From Bacteroidales bacterium (GTDB lineage Bacteria > Bacteroidota > Bacteroidia > Bacteroidales > WCHB1-69): a stretch of 64,000 bases of DNA. Positions 11,001-26,000 of this stretch are shown piece after piece. The stretch is from NCBI GenBank assembly GCA_045627805.1, contig JAZQOJ010000201.1, forward strand, positions 59,467-123,466. The letters run 5' to 3'. Made by a program: the position numbers and the translations under genes. Under the pieces are notes generated by a model that saw only the letters and a list, made by a program, of their open reading frames with translations, had not been told where the DNA came from and made no database searches. The stretch's first letter is position 1. Each line of letters begins with the position of its first letter.

Positions 11001-14000
11001 GAGCGATACTTATTCTGTGATGGTTGACTCAGCTCCCGTATTCACCATCGCTACTCCTAACAACATTTGCGAAGGTGGTGATGTCACTCTCGTTCCCCAG
11101 TTTGCTGCCAATGTTAATCCTAACGATTTTACTTACGTATGGAGTACTGGTGCAACGACCGCCACTTTGAATACCGGCGCACTCACCACTACCCAGACTT
11201 ATAATGTAACGGTTACCGTTCCTGAAACTGGTTGTACTGCTACTTTGTCAAGTGATGTTACTGTCAATGTCGTAGCTGATCCTACCGTTGAACTGACCAT
11301 TGATCCCGCTGCCATTTGTTATGGTGCTCAGGTTACTCCTACTGCAGTTGCTGCTAATGGCGTTGCTAATGCAGATTTTACCTATACTTGGTATAGAAAT
11401 GGTGCAGAAATTGAAGGTGTATCTGCTGCTTCCTTCACTGAAACTCCTCACAATTATGACAATGAAGCTACTCGTTTTACCTATGTAGTAGTTGCTTCTC
11501 AAAATGCTTCTGGTTGCGTAAGCGTTGCCGATACTGCAGTTGTTACTGTTTATCAGAATCCTACTATCAGCATTACCGGTGATCCTGTCCTTTGCGCTGT
11601 CGGTAATCAAAATGAAGTACATTTAACTGCTACTTTGAATGATACTCTTGCAGGTCAAAACTACACTTACGTTTGGAGAAAAGACAATGTAAATACTTCT
11701 ATTACGACTGCCGATTATATTGAAGGTCTTACAGCTCGTGAGTATCCTTACACCTTCACTGTTGTTGCTACTGGTAACAATGGCTGTTCTGTTGTAAGCG
11801 AACCCTATAATGTTTACGTGAACGATTCCATTCTGGTTTCTGTTGATGCCACTTCCGCTAAGGTTTGCTCTGGCGTTGAAGTTACTTTGACCGCTAATGT
11901 AGGCAGCAATTTTGATGCTCTTAACTACAGATGGTACACGGTTAATGGTACTGTTGAAACCGAAATCACTGGTGAATATGGCCGCACACTGACCATTCAT
12001 CCTACCGCTACCACTCAATATCGTGTTCGTATTATGCAAGGTGAATCTTACTGCGAAGCTGTTGGTGATACTACTATTGAAGTCATCACTACCTCTCCTG
12101 CAGTTCAAATTACCCCGGCTACACCTGTAACCATTACTTTGTGCGATGGTGGCGAGCTCACTTTGAATGCTGTGGTTACTCCCGAAGCTAATGGAACTTA
12201 TACTTGGTACAAGAATAACCAACTCTTCAATACGACTTCAAGTACTTTGATTGATAATCCTACTACTGTTGACAACGATAGTACTCGTTACAGCTATATG
12301 GTTGTCTTCTTGCAAGACAGCACTGGTTGTGTATCCCGTGCTACTAAGAACGTTGACGTATTCAACAACATTACTGTCGAGGTTTCTGGAGATCAAATTA
12401 TTTGCGAAGGTACTAACGTAACTTTGACTGCCAATGCTCAAGGTTTTATGGATGATGCTCTGAGTATGACCTACACTTGGTATGTCAACAATGCGATTGC
12501 TGCTGGTACGAGCACTGTTAGTGGCGATGAGATTAAATTTGAATCCACTACTGCTCCGGTTGCTCAAGATGCACCTTATATGTACAGCGTTCAAATCAAT
12601 CGCGGCAATGGTTGCACCGCCAGAAGTGCAGAAATCCCTGTTTATGTAATGGCTAAACCCATTGTGAACATTACTGCAAACGATACTACTATCTGCGCTG
12701 GTGGCGAAATCATTTTCACTGCTAATTTGAATAATCAAAACGCTAATGATATTGTTTATACTTGGTATAATAACTCTACTGATTCTGTTGCCGGTGCTAC
12801 TTCCGACGTTTATGTTTCTGCTTTTGATGCTGCTGGCGAATATACCATCGTAGCCAAGGTTGCTCAAACTACTTCTGAATGCTCCGCTACAGATACTATT
12901 AAAGTTAATGTTCGCAACATTCCTACCATTACGATGACTGCTGATCGTGATACTGTTTGCGCTGGTTATGAATTCACTTTTACGGCCAATGCTACTTCGG
13001 ATATTGCTGAAACGTTCACTTACACTTGGTATAAGAATAATGAACTTATCGCAGGTGCTAATCAAGCTGTTTTGTATGATGCTCCTGAAGCAGTTGGCGC
13101 TCAGGAAACTCGTTATATTTACGGTGTTGTTGCTCACCAGGCAAGCGCTGGTTGCGAATCCAACATCAAATATGATACTGTTTATGTCCGTCCGAATCCT
13201 ACCGTTGCTATCAATGGTGATGCTATCATCTGCAATGATAGTGCTATTGTTCTTGCAGCCGTTGTAAACGACTACGTTGAAGGTATGGGTACTTTGGATT
13301 ATCAGTGGCGTTTGTTCAATCAGGATATCGCTGGTGCAACTACCGACACTTTACGCGCTAACAAGCCCGCTCAAGATGCTCCTTACATTTATACTGTTGT
13401 TGTTACTAATAACAATGATGGTTGTTCAGTGGTTAGCTCCGAATTCCCGGTATATGTGAATGATACCATTCTGGTTGAAGTCACCTCTTCTGTTGATTCC
13501 CTCTGTGAGGGTGCTGAAGTCACTTTCACTGCTAACTTGGGTGATTACAATGCAACGAATTTGGTTTATAGATGGTATGACAATGCTGGTAACGAAATCA
13601 CCGGTGCTACTAACCGTACTTTGACTGTTCAGCCGGCTAATACTGGTTGGAATCATTATTCAGTTCAAGTTTTCCAAACCACTTCTGAATGTGTCGCTAC
13701 TGGTGAAGATTCAGTTAAAGTTATTGCTGCTCCTGAAATTGATCTTACTTTGAATCGTAATATGGTATGTTCTGGTGGAGAAGTTGTTTTGAATGTCACT
13801 TCAACTCAAGAAGGTACCTTTGCTTGGTATAGACAGAATCGTTTGATTGATGGTGCTAATCAGGATGAATTGCACGATTCACCGATTGCAATCAACAATG
13901 ACTCTACTTTGTATATTTATGGTGTCACATTCACTTCTAATGTTCCTGGCTGCACTGCCACTGCTGATACTACAGTGAATGTATATCCGAATCCTTATGT

Positions 14001-17000
14001 TCTCGTTGTCGGAGATCCTATCATCTGTGATGGTAACGCCGTAGTTTTAACTGCCAATATCGTTGATTATGACACTACTTTAGTAAACCTCAACTATCAA
14101 TGGTTGGTTAACAACACTATCATTCCTGGTGCTACTACTCGCAATTTGACTTATAACGCTGCTGACAGTACTGATCCTTACATTTTTGTTGCTCACGTTC
14201 AGTTTGATAACGGTTGCAGAAGCTTCAGCGCTGATTATCCGGTTTATGTTAACGACAGCATCTATGTGACTGTTACCGCTGACGATACTACTATTTGTAA
14301 GAATGGTACGGTTACTTTGACTGCTAATCTCGCTGATTATAATGATGATTTCTTGACCTATCAATGGTACAAGGGCACTAATAGCATTCCTGGTGCTACC
14401 AGCAGAACTTATACTACTACGGTAGAAGATAATGCTACATTTAAGGTTCGTGTATATCAGACTTCTTCACAATGCACTGCAGAAGGAAGCATCAATATTC
14501 ACGCTTATGATGTTCCTACTATTTCTGCCATCACTTTGAGTCAGGATTCTGTTTGTACTGGTTATCAGGTTCGCGTTTCTGCTACTTTAGCAACTGCAGG
14601 AGTTTCTACTGATTCTTGCATCTATACTTGGTACAGAAATGGTGTCTTGATGAACGGTATTTCTGGTCCCAGCTTCTATGATGCTCCTCATATGGATGGT
14701 GATACTTTGCAGGTATTTGTTTACAGTGCAACTGTTAGCCAAACCAGTTCAGCTTGCGAATCACCAATGAAATTCTCTGACACATTGTTCGTTTTCCCGA
14801 TGCCTACTGTTGAGGTTTCTGGTGACGCTATCTTGTGCTATGGTGATACAATTACTCTCTTTGCTCATATTCAGCAAGATGACGCTTCTGATTTCTTGTC
14901 AACTACCCATACTTGGTTAGTTAATAATGATATCACTTTGAACGATGGTGTTCTTACAGCACCCAACACTATTTTCTATCGTGAAAATATTGTTCGTCCT
15001 GCTACTGATGAACCTTATATGTTCTCAGTTCGCATTAACCGGGGCAATGGTTGTACAGTTACAAGTGCTCCTTATGCTGTTAAGATCAATGCAGCTCCTG
15101 TAGCATTTGTTACGGCTGATGACACTACCATTTGCGAGAATGGCACTGCTACTCTTTATACTCACATTGATAACTATAATATTGATAACCTTACCTTCCA
15201 GTGGTATAAGGATGCAATCATTCCTGCCAATATGATTCAAGGTGCAAATGAACCTATTTACACCACATCTGAACTCTCAGCTACTACTACTTATTTTGTG
15301 ATTGTTTCTCAAACCACTTCTTTGTGTGCTGATACCGCTCAGATTAATGTTAATGTTGTTAGCGCTCCCAGCATTGCCAGCATTGAGTTAAGTGCTGACA
15401 ATATTTGCCAAGGTGCTCAGGATACAATTACTGCTCACGCTATTGGTGGCGTTGAAGGCGAAGCTTATTCTTTCACTTGGTATAGAAACAATGTTGAAAT
15501 TGAAGGTGTTCACGATTCTACTTTCGTTGATGCTCCTACACTTGCTGACATTGATCAGAACCAATTTGTTTATACTGCTGTTGTTCGTCAGGAAAGCGCT
15601 GGCTGCGTTGCGCCTGCCTCTGCTTCAGTTGTTCTTTCTGTACTTCAGAATCCTACTGTAAGCATTTCTGGTGATGCTATTCTCTGCAACGACAGTCTTA
15701 TTACTTTGGTTGCTCACGTTAATGATACTACTACTGGTGTTGGTGCATACGAATATCAGTGGAGATTGAATAATGAAGATATCGCGGGTATGACCACTGA
15801 TACTTTGAAACAGAACAAGGCCGCTCAGGATGAACCTTACTTGTATTCTGTTGTAATCTCCAATGTTAATGGCTGCACTTCGATCAGTGAACCTTATGCA
15901 GTTTATGTTAATGACACCATTTTGGTTGAAGTTACTTCTACTGAAGACAGTATCTGTGCAGGTGGTGTTGTCACTCTGACTGCTAATCTCGGCGATTATA
16001 ATGCTGATAATCTCGTTTACAGATGGTACACTGTTGATGGCAGTGCTGAAACTGAAATCGCAGGTGCTACTTCCCGTACTTTAACTGTTGAACCTATTGA
16101 AACGACTTCTTATAGAGTTCGCGTTCTTCAAACCACTTCAGAATGTAACGCTTTCGGTGACTACACCATTAAGGTTGTTGAAGCTCCTGAGGTTACTCTT
16201 ACTTTGACTCCTGACAGCGTTATTTGTAGTGGTGGTCAAATTACTTTAACTGCTACGGTTGAAGGTGAAGGTTCCTATGCTTGGTACAGAAATCAATCTT
16301 TGATTGCTGGTGCTGATCAGAACACTTATACTGATTCTCCGCTTGCAGTTGACGGTGATGTGACCGAATTCGCTTACGCTGTGATTTTCACTCCTAATAT
16401 TGAAGGTTGTGTTTCTACCACGGTTGATACTTTGGTTACTGTTTATCCGAATCATTCTGTAGAAATTGCTGGTGATCCTATCATTTGCAACACTAACAAT
16501 GTTCAGTTAACTGCTAATTTGAATGATACTGTTGCAGGTGGCACTTACACTTATCAGTGGATGCTTGCTAATGAAGATATCGCTGGTGCTACTGACCGTA
16601 TTTATGATGCTAATTATTCTACTTCAAGAGATTATCCGTACATCTTTACTGTTAGAGCTACTAATGAACTTTCTGGCTGCTCTTCTATTAGTGAACCTTT
16701 CTATGTATATGTAAATGCTAATCCTGTTGTTGCAGTTTCTGCTACCGACACCAGCGTTTGCAATGATGGTGAAGTTACTTTGACTGCTCATATTGGCGAT
16801 AATAATACTCCTAATTTGGTTTACACTTGGTATGCTGATGGCGTTGAAATCGCGGGTGCTACTGAAGCCACTTACACTACTACTGTTACGGCTACTACCA
16901 CCTACAAAGTTGATGTTCGTCAAACCACCTCTGATTGCCACGCTGAAAACACTATCGTTGTTTACAAACACGAAGTTCCTACTGTTGCTTTAGCAGTTGG

Positions 17001-20000
17001 TACGGTTACTGATTCTGTAGTTTGCGAAGGTGGTGAAGTTACTTTGGTAGCTACCGCTACTTCCGATAATGTTTTGGGCGCTCTCACTTATACTTGGTAC
17101 GACAATGGTCAGGTAATTGAGGGTGTCACTGGCGCTACCTATACTGTTTCTCCTGCTGCAGCTGATCACGATAGCACTACACATCATTATACTGTTGTTG
17201 TTTCTGCTGAAGCTCCCGCTTGTACGTCAGCTCCTTCTAATACCGTCAACATCTCTGTTGTTGCTAACCCGACAATTATGTTGTTAGCTGACCAGACTGT
17301 TTGCGAACTGGAAGATATTAATGTTACTGCAAGCATTATTGGTACTGTGTTAGCTCCGATTTCTTATCAGTGGTATGTAAATGACACTCCGAGTCCGGCT
17401 GCTGGTTTTGTTTTGGAAGAAGGTGTCCAGTATCAATTAACTGATAATCAACCTTACCGTGACGAACCTTATTTCTACAGATTTGGTCTTACTATGGGTA
17501 ATGGTTGCGTTTCTATGAGTGAACCCATTGCAATTCACGTTAATGCTTTGCCTTCTGTTGTCGTTACCCTCGATGATCAGAATATTTGCAAGGGTGGTGT
17601 TGTTACGGCTGTTGCCAACCTCGCCAATAACAATATGGAAGATCTTACTTATACTTGGCGTGTTGATGGTTTCACCGTTCCGGGTGCTACCAGTGCTACT
17701 TTCACCACTCCTGCATTCACGACTGTTGCTAATCATACGGTTTCTGTTCGCGTTGTTCAATCTACTGTTGATCAGACTTTGTGTGCTGTTACCTATGATA
17801 AACAAGTTGTAGTTAATGATATTCCTTCTATTGCTTCTGTTGAGTTGGATGCTGATAGCATTTGTGAAGGTCATCTTGTTACTGTTACCGCTCACGCTAC
17901 TTCAGGTGTTGCTAATGAACCTTATCATTTCACTTGGTATAAGAATGGTGTAGTGATTAATGGTGCTACCGATTCAGTTTATACTGAAACTCCTGTTGCA
18001 AATAATGGTGACACTGCTATCTATGTATATACTGTTGTTGCTTCTCAACCCAGTGCTGGTTGTACCTCAATTGCAGCATCTGATACTTTGTATGTCTTCC
18101 CGAATCCCTCTGTCCAGATTTCTGGTGATCAATTGATTTGCGAAGCCAATCAAATTAATTTGTATGCTAATGTTAATGATTATGCACTTGATAGCGCTCT
18201 TCATTATCAGTGGAGACTTTTCAATCACAATGTTGGCATTGACAGCGTTGGTTTGAAGCTTGACACTGTTCCGAGCGATCAACCGTACTTATTCACTGTT
18301 GAGGTTTCCAATGGTTTGGGTTGCTCTGCTTTGAGTGCAGAATATCCTGTTTACATCAATGATTCTATCTTTGTTGAAATCACTCACAACCAAGACTCAA
18401 TTTGTCCTGGTGCTGAAGTTACCTTTACTGCTAACTTAGTTGATTACAATAATGATAACTTGACCTACAGATGGTATAAGATTACTCCTTCTGATACGGC
18501 TGAAATCTGGGGTGCTACCAACTCAACTTTGACTGTTAATCCTGTTGATACTCAATATATCTATAAACTTGAAGTTCTTCAAACTACTTCTGGTTGCGTA
18601 GCTATTGGTTATGATTCAGTTAAGGTTATTGATGCTCCTATTCTCACTTGGGAAACAGTTTCCGATACCACTGTTTGCTTCGGTGGTGAGGTTCATCTTG
18701 CTGTTACTCCTAACTCAAATGGTTACTATACTTGGTATAGAAATGGTCAATTAATTACGGGCGCTAACTTGAACCAGTTATTTGACTCACCTGTTGCCGT
18801 TGATATGGATTCTACTTCTTATCGTTATGATGTGATGTACACTCCTCTCGTTGCTGGCTGCCGTTCCGAAATGATTGACACCGTTGTATATGTATATCCG
18901 AACCCGATGATTCAGATTACTGGTGATGCTATCGTTTGTACGCTTACTGACAGCAATGTTTACTTGATTGCTCATCTTTCAGATACCATTTCTGGCGCTA
19001 TGTATCAGGATATCACCTATCATTGGTTTGAATCTAACGAAAATATTGATGCGCAGAATTTGAGCACCAATGATACTTTGTTGATTGATTCTCTCCCGTT
19101 CCGTGATGAGCCCTACATCTTCCAGGTCGAACTCACAAACGGACGCGGTTGTACTGTTATGAGTGAACCTTTCGAAGTATTTGTAAATGATACTACTTTC
19201 GTCGAAGTCACTTCTTCATCCGATACTGTTTGTGCAGGTGGCGAGGTTGAATTGGTTGCAAACCTCGGCAACTATAATCACGATAATATGATTTACAGAT
19301 GGTACTACAAGACTGAAGGTATGACTGATTCAATGACTGTATGGGGTGGTACAAGCCGTACTTTGCTGTATGCTCCCGAAAAGACCACCTACTTTACTGT
19401 CGTTGCTACGCAAACCACTTCTGAATGCTATGCCGTTGGTTATGATACTGTATTTGTTACCACTCCTATTGTTGTTGAAATTGCTTCAGAAACAGGTCAC
19501 GACACTCTCTGTTCGGGTGGTGAAATCACTTTGGTTGCTCGCGATGCTAATACTCACGAAGATTTAGTTGGTGGTACTTATGTATGGACCGAAAATGGTG
19601 TTATCATTCCTGGTGCAGTTGCTTCTTCACTTACTAGAAGCTTAATGGCTATTGATGATGACTCTACCGCTTATATGTATGGCGTTACTTATTCTCAAGA
19701 TTTCGTTGGCTGTCATTCTGCTGAAGTTGACACTACCATCGTGGTTTATATGAATCCTACTGTACAAATTTCAGGTGACCCGATCATCTGTAATAGCGCA
19801 GAACCGTTCAATGTTGTTTTGGTTGCTAATGTGAATGACACTGTTCATCAGGATCTTTCTTACGAATGGCGTTTGTTCAACCGCGATTTGGAAGAAATCA
19901 CTGACAGTATCGAAGGTGTTGACACTGATACACTGAGAATGTTTGCGCCCGCTACTGACAATGCATACCTCTATACCGTTCAGGTTTCCAACCATCGTGG

Positions 20001-23000
20001 TTGCACCACGTTGAGCGAAGAATTCCCGGTATATGTCAATGATACTGCTTCCATCCAGGTCGTTGTTACTGCTGACAATGATACTGTTTGTATCGGTGGT
20101 GATGTTACCTTCACTGCTCATCTGTCAGATTACAACAGCACCAACCTGATTTTCCAGTGGTACAAGCACGACACTACTGCTACTGGCGAGGATACTTTGA
20201 TTGCTATTGATTATGGTACTGAGCCCATCCTTACCTACACTATGACCGATTCTTTGTGGAACAAGTTCGAACTCCACATTACTCAGACCAACTCCGGCTG
20301 TAAGGCGTTTGGTGTTGACTCTGTCTATGTATGGCCTCGTGTCCCGTATGCAATCTCCAGAGTTAATGCTCGTAATGTTGCTACTGGTTCACGCGAAATC
20401 TGCGAAGGTGGTGAAATTGACGTTGAAGTCTCTTTGGTTGACCTTAATGGTAACAGCATTGATTCAACTCTCTTCACTTACAATTGGTATAGAAATGGCT
20501 GGGGTGATAACCCGATGCTTAATGGTCCTTGGTTCAGAGAAAGCCCGCTGACCGTTGATCAGGATACGACTCACTATGTCTATAGTGCTGCCATCGTACT
20601 TGACATTCCGGGTTGCGAATTCTCACAGGCCAATTTCTCAGACACTGTTACTGTTAAACGTAATCCTGTTGTCACGATTTCTGGTGATCCGTACGTTTGC
20701 CAATACAATCCGGTTAGCTTGATTGCTTGGGTTGATGGTTTAGCAGACTTTTACACTACTTATGTATGGTATGAACACGGCCAAGAACGTGCAACTTGTA
20801 GTCCATATAACCCCTCCACTAATAATGCATATTTGTTCTCTTATCATGAAGAGTGGCCTGTTTCAACAGGATTCGCATACGAATTCACTGTTAGAACGCA
20901 TTCACCGAATGGTTGCGGCGCTTTGAGTGATCCTTTCCAGGTTGTAGTTGTTGAAGCTCCTGTTGTCAACATTACTGCTTCTGAAGATACTATCTGCGTT
21001 GGTGGTGAAGTCACCTTCACAGCTAACTTGGATAACTACAATCTCGATTACTTGCAGTATCAGTGGTATCACGATGCTCCTATCCAGGAAAACTTAATTC
21101 CTGGTGCTACTCTGCCGACTTATACCACCACTTTGGATGTAACACAGACCTACTATGTAAAAGTCTTCTCCGCACTGGTAGCTAATGATACTTTGTGTAC
21201 CGCTCTTGATGCTAAGGAAATCATCGTGGTTAGCGATCCTGTTGTTGATTCTGTAACCATCTCTGTCGATCAGATTTGCGATGGTGGTCAGGTCACTGTT
21301 ACTGCACATACCACTGAAGGCGTTCCTGCTGATGCTTATAGCTTCACTTGGTATCGCAATGGCATTTTGTTGCCTGGCATCGTTGACTCAACGTTCACGG
21401 AAAGCCCGCTGACTGTTGATGGCGATATTACCAGATATGTTTATAGCGCTGTTGCTACTCAGGTTTCATCTGGTTGTGAATCAGAACAGACCTTTGCAGC
21501 CGACACTCTCGTAGTTTACCCGAACCCGACTGTTGTCATCGCTGGTGATCCTATCATCTGCGAAGATAGCGTAGTGATGCTGTCTGCCAATGTTACCAAC
21601 GATTACTTTGGCGCTGAATTGACTTACACTTGGTTGCTTTACAATGACACCATCCGTGCACCTCGCACTGGAGCTGGTGCTGACACCATCATTGATGTCC
21701 GTGGTCCTCAGGATTACGCTTACATCTACACTGCTGTTGTCAACAATGCACACGGTTGCTTGACCGAGAGCGCACCTTACTATGTATATGTAAATGACAC
21801 TATCATTGTTGAAGTCACTGCTACCGAAGATACTATCTGCGAAACTGGTTCTGTTACTTTGACCGCTAACATTGGCGACTACAATGATACTGACCTCACT
21901 TACAGATGGTATGCTAATGAACCTGTTGCCGCTAACGAAATCTGGGGCGCTACTCAGTCACAGTTGACGATTGTTCCCGATAGCACTACCACTTATTTCG
22001 TACGTGTATTCCAAACCACTTCGGATTGCGAAACCTTTGGTTCTCATACAATTACTGTGAACGACCGTCCTGTAATTGATAGTATCAAGCTTAGCGTTTA
22101 CGAAATCTGCGAAGGTGGTCAGGTTACTGTTACCGCTCACGCAAATGGTGGTGTTGATCCTGAAAACAATGCGTACATCTTTACTTGGTATGCGAATGAC
22201 GAATTGATTGAAGGCGTTACCGATTCTACCTTCGTAGTTAGCCCGCTGACTGTTGATGGTGACATTCAGGATATTACCTATTCTGCTACTGTTCATCAGG
22301 AAGTTGCTGGTTGCGTATCTGATCGTAAGTTTGCTGACAGTGACTTGAGAATCAATCCGAATCCTCAGGTTGTTATCGAAAGCGATCCTTTGATTTGCGA
22401 AAACGATACTATGGTATTGTATGCCAATGTTACCAACCAGTATGCTACTGCTAATTTGACCTATACTTGGAAGTTAGAAAATGATACTGTTGGTCATAAT
22501 GACACTCTCCATTATTATGGTGAGCCTCGTGATCACGCATACAACTTCACCGTTGTTGTTGCTAACGAACACGGTTGTACTGTTGAGAGCGCAGTTTACA
22601 GTGTAACTGTTAACCCGCGTCCTGTCATCGAAGTTACCGCTTTCGAAGATACTATCTGTGAAACTGGCAGCACCGTTCTTACTGCTCACGTTGACAATGC
22701 CAACTTGAACAACCTGATGTACAGATGGTATAATGCTACCACTTCAGACAGCATCTATGGTGGTCGTGAAAACACCTTGACTGTTGCTCCTGAAACCACT
22801 ACTGATTATGCTGTAGCTGTTTATCAGGTCGGTTCAGAATGCTGGTCATACGACACGATTACTGTAACCGTGAACGACCGTCCTGTAATTGATAGTATCA
22901 AGCTTAGCGTTTACGAAATCTGCGAAGGCGGTCAGGTTACTGTTACTGCTCACGCTAATGGTGGAGTTAATCCTGAAAACAATGCATACATCTTCACTTG

Positions 23001-26000
23001 GTATGCTAATGACGAATTGATTGATGGTGTTACCGATTCAACCTTCGTAGTTAGCCCGCTGACCGTTGATGGTGACATTCAGGATATTACTTATTCTGCT
23101 ACTGTTCGTCAGGAAGTCGCTGGTTGCGTATCAGATCGTAAGTATGCCGATAGCGCATTGAGAATCAACCCGAATCCTCAGGTTGTTATCGAAAGCGATC
23201 CTTTGATTTGCGAAAACGATACTATCCATTTGCACGCTCGCACTACCAACGATTATCCGACTGCAAGCTTGACTTACACTTGGGAATTAGAAAACGTTCC
23301 TGTACACATTGGTGCTGATTTTGACACCGTAGTTGATGCTCGCGATCACGCTTACAACTTTACCGTTGTTGCTACTAACGATCACGGTTGTACTACTGAA
23401 AGTGCAGTTTACAGTGTAACTGTTAATCCGAGCCCTGTTGTTGAAGTTACTGCTTCTGAAGAAACTATCTGCGAAGGTGGCAACACTGTTCTTACTGCTA
23501 ACGTTGACAATTACAACTTGAATAACTTGACATATCAGTGGTATGCTGCTGACCTCAGCAATGAAGTTGATGGCGCTATGCAGCGTGAGATTACGGTTAA
23601 TCCTACTGACACCACTATGTACATTGTCGAGGTTTACCAGGTTGGTTCAGAATGTCGTAGCTACGACAGCATTACTATCAATGTAAATGAAGTACCTGTT
23701 GTTGATTCTGTCATCTTGAGCTCCTATGAAATGTGTTATGGTGGTCAGCCGACGATCACTGCCTATGCTCACGGTGGTGTTGATACTGCTGAATATCCGT
23801 ATTTCTATACTTGGTACAGAAATGGCCAACTTATTGAAGGTGTTACTGCAGCAACCTTTACTGACAACTTGTCAGAATGGGCTGTGGATAATGATGATAC
23901 TTACTATGTATATACTGCTGTTGCACATCAGGCCGCCTCTGGTTGTACTTCCGCTCCGGTTTCAGCTGACAGATTGAATGTCTATATGAATCCGCGTGTT
24001 GAAATCACTGGTGACCCGTATGTTTGCGAAACTGGTCCTGTATTCTTGTATGCAAATGTTGATACTTCTTCTATCAATGTTGGTTCTTTGAGCTATGTTT
24101 GGTATGAATCTGGTCAGTTGAGAGACAATACAGCTTATGGATTTGGCAATAGCTTCATCTTTAGTGAGTATTTCTATGCTCGTCCGAACCCGTATCATAT
24201 GCAGGTTGAAGTTAACCGTGGTAACGGCTGCCGCACTATGAGTGAACCGTTTGATGTTTATGTTATGGAACAGCCGCAGGCCTTTGTTACTGCTACTGAA
24301 ACTGAAATTTGTGAAGGTGGTTCTGTGACTGTCCGCGCTAACCTTGAAGATTATCATATGGAAGATCTCACTTTCCAGTGGTATGAAAATGTAGTTGACC
24401 ACGCACACGAAATCTATGGTGCTACTATGCCGGTCTACACTGCTAACAATGTTGATACTACAACTACTTACATTGTAAGAGTGTTCCGTACCTTGTCAGA
24501 ATGCGTTTACTATGACGATGTAACTGTTAATGTTCACGCTGATCCTACTGTTACCTTGTCTGTAAGCGATAACGATACTGTTATCTGCTCTGGTGGCGAA
24601 TTCACGATGACTGCTTCTGCAGTTTATGATGCTGAATTGGGTTATCCGACCTTCACTTGGAAACGTAATGGTGTTGTTCTTGACAATACGATGGATTCTG
24701 TCTTCACCGATCATCCTGTTACTGTTGATAATGATAGCGTAAACTTCACTTATGGTGTATATGTTACTTTGTCAGCTTCAGGTTGCACAAGCACGATTTC
24801 AGAAACTTCTACAATTAATGTTACTGTTCTCCCGAATGCTACTGTCCAGATTCAGGGCGACCCGGTTATCTGCGGTGCAGGCACTTCATTGGATACCATT
24901 ACTTTGATTGCTAATGTTAATGACACTAGTGCCCTTGTTGATGGTTTCACTTACGAATGGAGACTCTATAATCGTACCATCAATGCTGAACAAGATAGCA
25001 TCATTGGTCGCGCCGACAGCAATGTACTCTCTATCGTCGTTGCTCCGAGCACTGAACCTTATGTATTTACTGTTCAGGTATCGAATGAAAATGGTTGCTC
25101 AACCAGCAGTGCTGAGTTCCCAGTATTCGTAAGCGATACTACCAGTGTTGTTGTAACTGCTAACGAAACTGATATTTGTGAAGGTGGTGAAGTTACCTTG
25201 TATGCTAACCTTGGCGATTACAATGTCGCTAACCTCACTTATCAGTGGTTCGCTGATGGTGTAGAAATCCCTGGCGCTACTGGTTCTACTTATACTACCA
25301 CGCTTGATAGCACTACTACTTTCTCAGTTAACCTGATTCAAACTACCAGCTCTTGCTTGAGCTACTCAGACATCACTATCTATGTACACGAAGATCCTAC
25401 TGTAACTTTGGCTATCAATGACAATGATACTGTTATTTGCGAAGGTGGTCAGCTTACTTTGACTGCTACCGCAGTTTACGACACCATCTTGGGTGCAGCT
25501 ACCTATACTTGGTATCGTAATCACGTTGAAATCGCTGATGCTCACGACAGTATTTATGTTGAAAGCCCTGTCACCGTTGATAACGATGTTACTACTTACG
25601 AGTACTCAGTGGTAGTTTCTCTCGCTGCAAGCGGCTGTCAGTCTGTTGTTACTGATTCTTCTACTGTTAATGTTACGGTTTATGCAAACCCGACGATTCA
25701 AATCGAAGGCGATCATAACATTTGTGGTACGGGTGAAGGTTTAGACCATATCCATTTGGTTGCTAACGTTAATGATAGCGTTGCTAATAGCCGCGAATTC
25801 ACATTCGAATGGAGATTATTCAATGCTACGTTAGATCAGACTACCAACACGTTGGATACTGTTCTTGCTGCTAATGATGAACCTTATATCTTCACGGCCA
25901 TTGTTGCTAATGAAAATGGTTGCACGATGACAAGCGAAGCATTCGAGGTTTACGTTCACGAAGCTGTTGAAGTTGTCGCTATGACCACTGAGTCAGATGT